DNA of 63,065 nt, filler included, from Octopus bimaculoides (lineage: Eukaryota): assembly GCF_001194135.2 (NCBI RefSeq). It is 9 parts of 9 records of this genome, joined end to end, with 100 filler letters (N's around TTAATTAATTAA, not from the genome) between each part and the next. Parts side by side here need not be neighbours in the genome. Positions count along the whole stretch, not along the records: positions 45,915 to 52,593 come from NC_068999.1; positions 52,694 to 58,021 come from NC_068994.1; 7 more parts are not named here. One strand, written 5' to 3'. The translations under genes and the position numbers were made by a program. Numbering within the stretch: position 1 is the first letter of the stretch; every line of letters starts with the position of its first letter. Of this stretch, positions 45,959 to 58,121 are shown piece after piece. Under the pieces are notes generated by a model. The model was given only the letters and a program-made list of their open reading frames with translations. It had not been told where the DNA came from and did not search any database.

Positions 45959-46921
45959 CCATGCGTACATACAAGCATATATACATGCATAAGTACATGC
46001 ATGCACAATTACGTATACAATTATATACAGTCAGGTGTACTTGGTCGTACTCAGAGATTCACATATATCTAAGCTGGAAGCCAGATGCATACGCAATCCC
46101 ACATTGAAACATATGCATGAACGCACATATATCCTTGCCTTCGGATAGAGAGTGTATACATTAGTAAACGACACAAGTAGGTTGAGTACACGGCCAGAAT
46201 ATATATGACTAACATCATTTGATACGCTGCTTGTCTGTTTTAAGTCCATATACTGACGTGGCTTTCTCACATTGCCTTTTTCACTCCATAGGGCAATGGA
46301 ATATATTTAATCATCAACTTGATATAGCACAAAGAATTTCTAAAGGTCGATGTCTACAAGAAATCTTAGAAGGTGAGGAATAGCAGGAGTAAACCAAGAA
46401 GGTTACATTTCTAAGGTTAAATCATTCATTAAAGTGTTTAGTACCGGATGTAGGAGCGAGGCAAAATAATGATGACTTGCAAGGCGGAGGTGTGCGTACA
46501 AAGAACGTTGACCTGGGTGGAGTTGATAAACAGTTTTCTGCAACTTACTATTGAATATATCTATAGATTTTCGACAACACGAAATGTAGTGACAGGTATA
46601 AACAACCTCTATTATATACATATATATATATGGGGAAAAAATTAGTTGAAAGGAGAACAATTCAAACTCTTTGAGAGGTCCAAAAAGAGAGAAAAAATTA
46701 TTACTAATAAAGATTCATCATATTCATAAAAAACAGCTATAACGACAAAGAAACCAAATCAGAGGAATAGATAACGAATTCCTTTTACGGCGGAAACTTG
46801 GTCAGTGCAGTCTACAGCATTTTGATGTTTAATGAAAAACTCTGCTCAAATGTAGAGGCTTTATCGAGCAACAGACTAACTTATCGTAGCATTTTGATTG
46901 ACAAATGCCGGAGGGTGAGTA

Positions 46922-47275
46922 AGGCGGCGAGCTGGCAGAGACGTTAGCACGTCGGGCGAAATGCTTAGCAGTATTTTGTCTGTCTGTCTTTACGCTCTGA
47001 GTTCAAATTCCGCCGAGGTCTACTTTTCCTTTCATCCTTACGGGGTCGATAGATTAAGTACCAGTTGCGTACTGGGAACGATCTAATCAACTTGCACCCT
47101 CCCCAGAAATTTCGGTCCTTGTGCCTAGAGTAGAAAAGATTATTATTATTATTATTAAGGCGGCGAGGTGGCAGAAACGTTAGCACGCAGGGTGAAATGC
47201 TTAGCGGTATTTCGTCTGTCTTTACGTAATGAGTTCAATCCCACCAAGGCCCACTTTGCCTTTCATCCGCGATAA
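46922..47275 (+). mobile_element. SINE family A (~220-230 bp, ATT tail): one full copy plus an adjacent 5' partial copy
   Basis: GGCGAGCTGGCAGA...GAGTTCAAATTCCGCCGAGGTC...GGGGTCGAT...CCTTGTGCCT...(ATT)n. Other copies at ~6606-6815 (-), 17300-17470 (+), 17468-17655 (-), 18338-18570, 18576-18797, 19205-19450, 19452-19590 (+), 26530-26727 (-) and 43960-44176 (-). Confidence 0.85.
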
Positions 47276-48344
47276 ATTATGTACCGGCTGCATACCCCAT
47301 TTATTGTTTTTCTTCGCAAACGTTCAGAATGTATAGTTGAAATTTAATGAAAGCTTATCCTTTGAAGATGTTGCGCATATTTAGAACTTTCTTCGAATGT
47401 CGCAGGCATTTCCCGATATTTTCGTTATTTCAGATTTGCTAAACGTGATAGTATCAGAAATGGCAGCTTACGTGCTGCACTTTTAGATATGAACAACATT
47501 CTTACATAAAAAAAAAACTATCTGAATGGACCACAGAGAAATAATAGCGTCTGGCTCATAGAAATGACGGCAAAAAATATATTGATGATAGAGGGTACTT
47601 GAACATGCGCTGGACTAGTCAGCTTGATTTCAGCTTAATTGAATAAACAAGTAGGGGTACGAGAAGGTAAAAGTATGTTCTTTTGAATGTGAATGGCGTA
47701 ATATATACAAAAATACATATATACATACACACATACGTACATATGTATAAATTATATATATATATTGACATATATTTGTTTATATGTATGTAAATCTACA
47801 TCTATCTATCCATCTAGTTATTTATTTACCTCTCTCTTTCTCTCTCTCACACTCTCTGTATAAATGTGTGTGTATGTGCTTTAGTGTGTGCGTGTGTGTG
47901 TGTACATGCCTATATGTGTGTATGTGAATAAGCAAACACGTGAATTCCTACACCAAACATTATAAGAAAATGTTGAAAGCTGTTTTGAGCTGACGTTACT
48001 CATAAGCACTTGTGTGAAATCCATTGATACAACATGAAACACAATGAACAGAATAGCTACGGGTCTCCGTTCCCTTAATATCGGCTCCATTGATTACAAG
48101 AATCACATGTTCTTGTGTAAGCAACGGCGAACTAACTCAAACAGTAATCACAAGTGTCCACAACCGATGTGATACGCAATCAAAATGGACAAATATACTT
48201 CAAAGTCAGCAGAGCTGTCTTCATCAATACGACGACATTGTGGAGGGTGAGGGTGGCTGGGTGGGTGGGTGGTGGCGGAGTAGAGGATGTCCAGACAGAA
48301 CAGCATTCATATCATCCACCTTTGCTATGGCAATATATTGTGTA

Positions 48345-48381
<37 letters not shown>

Positions 48382-49578
48382 AAGCGTGTGTGTATGTATT
48401 GACTANNNNNNNNNNNNNNNNNNNNNNNNNNNNNNNNNNNNNNNNNNNNNNNNNNNNNNNNNNNNNNNNNNNNNNNNNNNNNNNNNNNNNNNNNNNNNNN
48501 NNNNNNNNNNNNNNNNNNNNNNNNNNNNNNNNNNNNNNNNNNNNNNNNNNNNNNNNNNNNNNNNNNNNNNNNNNNNNNNNNNNNNNNNNNNNNNNNNNNN
48601 NNNNNNNNNNNNNNNNNNNNNNNNNNNNNNNNNNNNNNNNNNNNNNNNNNNNNNNNNNNNNNNNNNNNNNNNNNNNNNNNTATATATATATATATATATA
48701 TAAATGTATATATATATACATATACGTATATGTGTATATGTGTGTGTATGTATATATGTATATGTATGTATGTATGTATATTTTCTCATTATTTTAATTC
48801 ATTTGTGTACATACATATGTATTTCTCTCTATTCCGTCTCTATCTATTTGCGTATACACGCACACACATACACACCCATATATTCATAAGTGTGTGCCTT
48901 TGTTCATGTTTGTATGTATGTATGTATGCATGTATACTTAGTGAGAGATGCTTCAAAACAGATGATGAATACGAAGCTACATACACAAATATAAATATTA
49001 TGTGCGAACGCAAATTAATATAGTCATATGAATTCCTGAGACAGACGGAAAGACCGTCAGACATAGTGACAGAAATAGCAAAAGACGATGAGCCTAGGGT
49101 AGCTTTGGAATAACTTATATAATGATAATTAAATCTTCCTTTCGGGAATCAAATCCAGTCATTCTTGTGTCCTGGATATACGGAATAAAAATAAACGCCA
49201 GAGATATATCACGTCGGGAAACAAGGAAAGCGTTAGCCTGGTCCTGTTTTTGCTGAACAAACCAATCTCAAACATTGATTGAGGAAATTCTATGATGAAA
49301 GACATTCCACCCGTGATCCTCCTGGCATTTATAAATCTTTCGGTGGATTATATTGTCATATTTTGGGTTTTTTTGTTTGTTTGTGTTTTGTTTTTCAATT
49401 TACTTGTTTTAGTGATTTCTCTGCGGCCATGCCTTGAAAAAGTTTTAGAAATTATGTTTTTTAAGCCTGGTAACTTATTGTATCGGCCGCTTTTGTCGCA
49501 CTACAAAGTTACGGCAACGTAAACACACCAATACCGGTTCTGTGGGACAAACAGCGACGAACAGACACACGCTCCTAA

Positions 49579-49609
<31 letters not shown>

Positions 49610-50232
49610 CACACACCCACACACACACGCACACACACAAACACATATACACATATATATGAGACAGGCTTCTTTCAGTTTCCATCAACCAAATTCACTG
49701 ACAAAGCTTTGGTCGGTCCGAGCCTATCGTTGAAGACACTTGCTTAAGGTAGGACTGAATCTGAACTGAGAACCTTGTGGTTCAGAAGCAAACGCCTTAC
49801 TACAGAGCCAAACCTGCCCCTATATACGAAATTCCTTTATTCAAGATGGCCTCTGGAATATCGGAAAATCTGATGTTCTAGCTAGTAGAGTAACAACTGA
49901 AAACTTCCTAGTCTACTCGTGGGCAACAGTAAGTGCTTGAAAGGTACGCAGTGGGTGAATCACTGCAGCAGCGGCGAGGTTGTTCTGAGGTATTCACTCG
50001 CGGCTCTTTGTAGTTTGGTTTCTAATTTGACGACAGCCACAATCTGACTTTTATACTTCCGTGGACGATAAAATATATTTTAGGCGGCAGGGTGAAATGC
50101 TTAGCGCTATTTCGTCTGTCTTTGTGTTCTGAGTTCAAATTCCACCGAGGTTGACTATGCAACGTGAATAAAGTGTCTTGCTCAAGAACACAACACACAA
50201 CCCGGTCCGGGAATCGAACTCACTACCTCAAG

Positions 50233-50274
<42 letters not shown>

Positions 50275-50440
50275 ATATCTATCTATTTATTTGTCTGTCT
50301 ATCTATCTGTATGCCTGTCTGTTTGTCAGTGTGTCTGNNNNNNNNNNGTTTGTCAGTGTGTCTGCCTATCTATCAATCTATCTGTCTGGCTGCCTGTCTA
50401 TCTATTTATCTATCTGCCTATGTGTTTGCCTAGTCTGTTC

Positions 50441-50508
<68 letters not shown>

Positions 50509-50998
50509 GTCCCTTCCCACTAACAAGTGGCATCAGGTAGCTCGATATCTCTATATCTGGCGAAATTTGATTCACGTTATCAGTTCTGGTCAGGAGACGG
50601 CGGGCCGGATGGATAGAGACACACACACACACGCACTCCCTCACACACAAACTCAGTCACACATACCCACGCACGCACATATACATATATTCTTGTCTCT
50701 ATGCATAACTACATAAAGCATACATACAAACATACGTACACACATTACATATTTTTAGTCAAAAGTATAGCATTATTACAAAATATCTCATTGGTTTTCA
50801 AACTTTGTATTAATAATACATTAAGTTTTGCTTTAAAGACTTAATATATATTAGATTAAAACAAAATATACATTCCAGCAACTAGTATAGCAACATTATA
50901 GCATGAAGTCTATGATATGCAAATTTATCTAATATGAGCATGTGCTTACACGTCTGAGCGTATGTGGGATGTTTCCCAAGACAATGACTTTGAACATG

Positions 50999-51044
<46 letters not shown>

Positions 51045-51159
51045 TATATATATATATATACATACACACGCACATATACACACATAATATATTACCAATA
51101 TATACGTACATATCTATGTATTTATATATATGTCTGTGTATATATATATATATATATAT

Positions 51160-51202
<43 letters not shown>

Positions 51203-51611
51203 TATACATATATATACATACATGTATACATTCATACATACACAGATATATATATATATTATATGTATATATATGTATATATTTATATATATATATGGGC
51301 TTAGAGGTAAATCAACGCACGGGAATAAATATCGTAATACGCCATAAATGTGAACTTCGACAGACATCGAGTGTACATATATGTAATTATGTAAATTCTA
51401 TTCTATGTCTATTTTGTTATATATACAAACACGCAGTTCGCATAGCCCAATCAATATACACGCATACATAGAGGCATAGTTAACTAAAGACCGAAACACA
51501 CACACGCAACACACACACGCAACACACACACATCCATGTGTCTTTAGGTGAATATGTATCGATGTGTATGCATGTGTGCTTGGGTGTATATATGTATGTG
51601 TATATATATAC

Positions 51612-51645
<34 letters not shown>

Positions 51646-52526
51646 TTCTTTTCTGCAAAAATGTAGGTAGAGAAAAATACACATTTGGAACAGAAGGGAG
51701 TAGGAATATAANNNNNNNNNNNNNNNNNNNNNNNNNNNNNNNNNNNNNNNNNNNNNNNNNNNNNNNNNNNNNNNNNNNNNNNNNNNNNNNNNNNNNNNNN
51801 NNNNNNNNNNNNNNNNNNNNNNNNNNNNNNNNNNNNNNNNNNNNNNNNNNNNNNNNNNNNNNNNNNNNNNNNNNNNNNNNNNNNNNNNNNNNNNNNNNNN
51901 NNNNNNNNNNNNNNNNNNNNNNNNNNNNNNNNNNNNNNNNNNNNNNATATATATATATATGTATGTATGTATATGTCTTTGTGCGTGTGTGTGTGTGTGT
52001 GTATACATACTGTAGAGGGAGACAGAAAGAGAAAGAGAGTGAGAGAGTCGTATACTTATATTGTGTTGGTTCTTCTGAGTGTTTTAAATATATTTTTCAC
52101 TTATATTTACGTATATTAAATTGTGCTTGGCTCTATTGTCTACATATGTCTGCGTATATATACTTGTGTATGTACATCAGTTAGCGCTCCTTACTGCTCA
52201 TGTATAACTGTACGTGTGCGCGGTGCGTGTGCTTGTATCTGTCTATCCTCGTCTCTGTCAATGTGTGCGTTGCGTGTACGTCTGTTCCTACGTATGTGTG
52301 GCGTAGGCCAAGATTAGGCAAAACCATATATCGGTTGTATTTAATTCGATATAAAATACAAGGACTATTGAAATATTAAGTATGGATTGAAATATAATTT
52401 CTCTTTGAAGTTGAATATTTTCTAATACTATCTCTACTGCGCCACACCACCACCACTTACACAACACGCACAGAAAAAATAACCCTATTCATATACACAA
52501 TAACATATATACAAATATACATACAT

Positions 52527-52574
<48 letters not shown>

Positions 52575-53778
52575 CTACATACATATATACATANNNNNNN
52601 NNNNNNNNNNNNNNNNNNNNNNNNNNNNNNNNNNNNNTTAATTAATTAANNNNNNNNNNNNNNNNNNNNNNNNNNNNNNNNNNNNNNNNNNNNCAAAAGT
52701 ACTGAATGGATCTTTATGAAATTTTAACCATACATATTACACACAAATAAAGTAATATTTCTAAAATTTCTTCTTCTTAGAAGTTACAAAGACCCCTTCA
52801 TGGGGACTTCACACCCACAATTTAGTCATTTTTCCTAAGCAAAGACGAATACAGTTGTACCATTGGAAGCTATAGGGGCACCCGAACATAACAGATGAGC
52901 ATTATTTGTAATCTAACGATACAACAGTGTAAGACTATCCTTTCAGATATACTTACATTGTGATTTCTGCAATGTGATGCATAAATTGTCAAGTAAATGA
53001 GACGCATATTTGCCTCCACTGATTCACTTGCAAAGTGTTGAGTAAAATTATTTCCTTGCAGACCTCCTTTGAGTCTTAAGACATTTATTGATTGTAATTT
53101 TTTTCTGCACAGTTACCTATCGGTACAGGGGTCATTTGCAAACTCCAGAGGCGACACTTTTATTGACCTTTACTCCAAACGTCACACGTTGTTATTTCAA
53201 TTGGGTCATACCCTTCCAATTGCTATAAATCGTAATGTATCTTACAACTGTGCCTGTCACCTGTATGGTGAGGAATCCTACATTGGGGAGTAGTAACGAC
53301 TAGGCTGGGGTAGCAGACTGATTATCGTGATCATTCGTCTTTTAGTTTCCTGTTGCTTTGCTCTCTTTTACAAACCCAGTGAACATACATATATTTCTTA
53401 TTTCAAAGAAATTCAAACAATACATATTACACACAAGTTAAAAAGATTCCCAACATTTCAACTTCTCTGGTTGACATTAACACACCCACCCACAATAGGG
53501 GCCTTAACTCCCACATTTTTCAGCTCCATGAGCTCCATTTTTCAGGAGCAAAATCCTTTTTACAGGGTCCATAACACTGGAATTTTGCAATGTGCGAATA
53601 AATATCAAATGTATAAAGATGACAATGTGTGTCTGTGTGAATCCCTAAAACTCAAGAACTACACAACCAATTTCATTCCAAATTATCACATGCCTTACTT
53701 AGGGTCCATGTAGTGTCTTAGGCCAAACAATTTTTAACTTCTTCCATAGTTCGAGCCCACAGCAATATCATATCTCCT

Positions 53779-54060
53779 CCACTATTTCAGTATTACGTGT
53801 CAAAAGTGAAACAATAACATCACTCTTCTGTAATCAGATACTTTCATTTAACACTGAAACTATTCCACTATTTCAGTATTNNNNNNNNNNTTCAGTATTA
53901 CGTGTCAAAAGTGAAACAATAACATCACTCTTCTGTAATCAGATACTTTCATTTAACACTGAAACTATTCCACTATTTCAGTATTACCTGTCAAAAGTGA
54001 AACAATAACATGTCGCTACTGTAATTTCAAATACTTTCAATTTTATACTGAAACTTTTAA
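53779..54060. repeat. 86-bp tandem repeat (at least 3 units) spanning a 10-N gap
   Basis: TATTTCAGTATTAC units start at 53783, 53869, ~53888 (virtual) and 53974. Confidence 0.9.
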
Positions 54061-54930
54061 AGTGAGACTATACTCTCACATATATACAGACATACTATAA
54101 GACCCAAGTTAAAAACATTCCCAACAATTCAACTTCTCTGGTTGACATTAACACCCCCACCCCCAATAGGGGCCTTCATTCCCACATTTTAGAGCTCCAT
54201 GAGCTCCATTTTTCAGGAGCAAAATCCTTTTTACAGGTTCCAGAAGACTGAAATTTTGGATTATGCGCATAAAGATCAATAGTATGGGATACATGTCTCA
54301 TGATTAGAATTTTTTTAGGGTGTGTAAAGAGGGAAAGAACCCTCATGTGCAATTTTGATGAAATTCGAATCATATGTATTCCAGTTCCTTACAGAAAATA
54401 TAACAGNNNNNNNNNNNNNNNNNNNNNNNNNNNNNNNNNNNNNNNNNNNNNNNNNNNNNNNNNNNNNNNNNNNNNNNNNNNNNNNNNNNNNNNNNNNNNN
54501 NNNNNNNNNNNNNNNNNNNNNNNNNNNNNNNNNNNNNNNNNNNNNNNNNNNNNNNNNNNNNNNNNNNNNNNNNNNNNNNNNNNNNNNNNNNNNNNNNNNN
54601 NNNNNNNNNNNNNNNNNNNNNNNNNNNNNNNNNNNNNNNNNNNNNNNNNNNNNNNNNNNNNNNNNNNNNNNNNNNNNNNNNNNNNNNNNNNNNNNNNNNN
54701 NNNNNNNNNNNNNNNNNNNNNNNNNNNNNNNNNNNNNNNNNNNNNNNNNNNNNNNNNNNNNNNNNNNNNNNNNNNNNNNNNNNNNNNNNNNNNNNNNNNN
54801 NNNNNNNNNNNNNNNNNNNNNNNNNNNNNNNNNNNNATATATATGTATAGGCGCAGGAATGGCCGTGTGGTAAGAAGTTTGCTTCTCCAGGAATGGTTTG
54901 TGTTGAGGGAAACTGAAAGAAGCCCGTCAT

Positions 54931-54966
<36 letters not shown>

Positions 54967-55802
54967 ACTGTCTATGGAACAGAGAAACTTACACAGTACA
55001 AAGAAAGAAAATTAAGAGTGGGGAGAGGTATGGTGTCACAGGTCCGACAGCTGTTTCTGGGGGTTAGGAGTTACTTCATAATGTTGGCAGATGTAGATCA
55101 TAAAAATATGCAACCAGTAATGGAAGCATATGGACATTGGGTAGATCCGGTCGCCGCCTTCAGTGTGGAGGAATAGAAATCTAACATTTCAAAACATACT
55201 ATAGGGAAATTTAAAGGTAGAATGGGTGAAGAGGAAGGCAATCAGTAGTGATAGGAGGGAGGAAGTAGGTAGCTCGATGAAGATGTGTGGAGTGTTGAAG
55301 CAAGGAAAAGAGATGAGTCAGATCAGGAAGAGAGAGTAGGTGAGTGATCAGGGTACTGAGAGAATTAGAAGTGGAGAGTTGGAAGATTAGAGGGAGGGAT
55401 GAGATGAGTAGTATTTTGACAATAGACGTTAATAGTTAAGGATGGTGGGGATATAGAATTAAGAGAAGCTGGAATAGTGAGAGAAGGGAGGGAGAATATT
55501 AAAGGAAAGGAAAGGGTCCACTTATAGATGCTTGTAGGGTGGCAAAAGGGAAGTCGAAAAATGAAGGCGGGTTGGCGGTGGAGGGAGCATACTGCGATAT
55601 GTAGACATATATGAGGGTAAATAGAGGGGGTGGACAAAGAAGGCGAAAGGGAGGGATAGGTTGAAGAAGAGGCTAGAAGATGGGGACAGAATTCGAAATA
55701 TGAGGAGGGATGTGCAAAGATAATCTTAAGAAGAAATATTTAGTAGAGAGGGTGATATTAGTGGAAGGGATATGTTGCCAGTGCGATTAAGTTGTAACTT
55801 AA

Positions 55803-57934
55803 CCTTTAACGGGTCGAAATCATACATTAAGGGCCGAAATGGGTTATTTTGACCTGTGGCTTTTTTTTTAATTCTACTGTGCACCAAATGATATTCATTG
55901 TTCTTTCATTGTCAAAAATGTTTGTTTCGAACACAGAAAGAAAGAAAAATGAACTGAAGCACACTTTATTATTTTTTATTCCACACAATCTTTGTAGGCT
56001 GGAAGTCCCTTGTGCTCGTTGCACATTGGTTTGGCACATTTTGAGTACGTATTTGTCTTTCATCTTTTCCGGCACATAATGCGCATCGAGATCGTCCATC
56101 TCTTGGGACACCTCCGTCAGAATGTACAGGAACTAATGGAACATCAATTCTCAATCTGGAAGCACAGGTCTGAATAGTCTTTTGCAGCTCCTGTATTCCA
56201 GTTCTAATTTGCAAGCGTATTTCAAGTTGTTCTCTCAGAAGTTCTTTTCCAAGTGATCTCAAAAGTTCTCTTCGGGATCGTAGACTATCCTTCTCGTTAT
56301 TCCAAATGTATATCACGCAAACTTCTTTGTCCATGCGAGAATGGAACGACATCGTCCATCGGTTTGTGCGACTCGAACAAGATGTAGCAGCACAATTTTT
56401 GCCAGCGGTGTCCACACCACCTTTAGTGCCATTGTAGAATGTCACTACTGAAGGTTTCTGCTTGTGTCCCGTCAATTCGTCAATGCTTGCATCATGATGC
56501 ATCGTAGACAGCAAAATAACTGCCTTTTTGGTTTAGGCACATATAAACCACCATCATATCTTTTCGGAATGCAAACTTGAAACTGTAAACCTCTCGATCT
56601 TTCTTCAGCATCATTTCTGGTGGAATATCCGGTTTGTTCTTCTTCATCGTTCCAACGAGACTTACTTTGTTTTTTAAGATATCTTCAGTCAATGGTACAC
56701 TAGTATACCAATTGTCGGTTGTCAGATTGCGGCCTGTGCCAAAGACTGGTGCAGCCAGGCGCAGCGTAATGTCATGTGGTTTACTGAAAAGTTGAAACGG
56801 ACCATCAGGCTGTTTTCCAGGGTACACTTGCATATTGCATATGTAATTAGTTTCGGCGTCACATAAACATTGCAGTTTTATTCATTCCATATTTAGCTGG
56901 TTTCAGAGGTATGTATTGGACAAATCCGCATATACCTCGAAATGCTTCTAGAGCTTCGTTGAGAGTCAAATGCTCTGTAGGATTGTACAGCTGACGAAAA
57001 GCTGTTACCATCCTTTCAAAAATGTCTCGAATTGGAGTTAGGTGGTCGGCTGCACACCGCTCATCTATTGTAGCAGTCATCGAAACGCATTTGACATAAG
57101 AGAAATTTGAAGCGTCTGAAAGACATCACAGATTGCAACAAGTTCATTTCAGTTCCATCCGAATTCCAGGTCTTCAATCTCGTGACGAGAAGCTTGCTGA
57201 ACTCTAGAGATGACTATAATCCCCCCAAACAGCCAAAATTTCCGAACTAGTTGTTTCAACAGCAACGTATTTGGACTTGTATTGTTCCTTGACTATCTCA
57301 ATTCTTTGGTTTGTATGATCTAATTTCGTTTATCAAGGCTCGGGGCAAAAATAAGCTAAAGACTTCCAAAGGAGTTTTTGGATTTCTTGCAACGTCAATC
57401 GGACCCTGTTTTTCTGTTACTATGGTCTTGGCTCCACGCCGCACATTGACACGAAATGGGGTTTCCTTCTACTCAACTCCTGACTTTGCACGCAGGACAC
57501 CTTCTCAGCATCACTTTCACTATTCTCATCAGAACTTGATAACTCTTACTCTGACGCGGAGTCAAGGTCATCTTCCTCAATCAATTCTTCTTCAGATTCA
57601 GAATCATCGAACTCGTTCTCAAAGTCAGAAAGGTCTGAATTACTTTCCAGCAATTCCAGTACACGTTTTGATGCCAATTTTGAACCTGAGAAAGTAAAAA
57701 GTAAAAGTAAAATAATCTAACATTCAGAGTCTAAATGGGTCAAAATGACAGGCACATAAATCTTAGCTCACTGGAGAACAACTGACAGAAAAAAACTTTT
57801 CCAATTTACCACATCCTTATCCCTTTAAAAGAAGCAGCTATAGGAAACAGCAGACAATTTCAACTAACAGCGCAAAAATTATGGTGGAAAATGTACTTTC
57901 ATGACTCAAAACGACTCATTTGACCCGATAAAGG
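55803..57934 (-). mobile_element. Full-length decayed piggyBac DNA transposon (2132 bp)
   Basis: TTAA at 55799-55802 and 57935-57938. TIRs are CCTTTAACGGGTC (left) and revcomp CCTTTATCGGGTC (right), 12/13 identical. Internal inverted motif GTTATTTTGACC near 55842 vs revcomp GTCATTTTGACC near 57738. Transposase pieces lie on the minus strand (see next feature). Confidence 0.92.
55975..57677 (-). pseudogene. Frameshifted piggyBac transposase pseudogene
   Basis: Acidic N-terminus (ASKRVLELLESNSDLSDFENEFDDSESEEE), then LTLNEALEAFRGICGFVQYIPLKPAKYG (first catalytic Asp is Asn), GRNLTTDNWYTS, FYNGTKGGVD and a C-terminal Cys-rich RCALC...KCAKPMCNEH...KDC. These are split across frames with stops. 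Confidence 0.9.
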
Positions 57935-58121
57935 TTAAAGTTAATAGTAACTAGGGAATTACATAAATTTAATATAATAGGCAAACGATGAGTAGAATCT
58001 CTGTTAACATGAGAGGATTACNNNNNNNNNNNNNNNNNNNNNNNNNNNNNNNNNNNNNNNNNNNNTTAATTAATTAANNNNNNNNNNNNNNNNNNNNNNN
58101 NNNNNNNNNNNNNNNNNNNNN

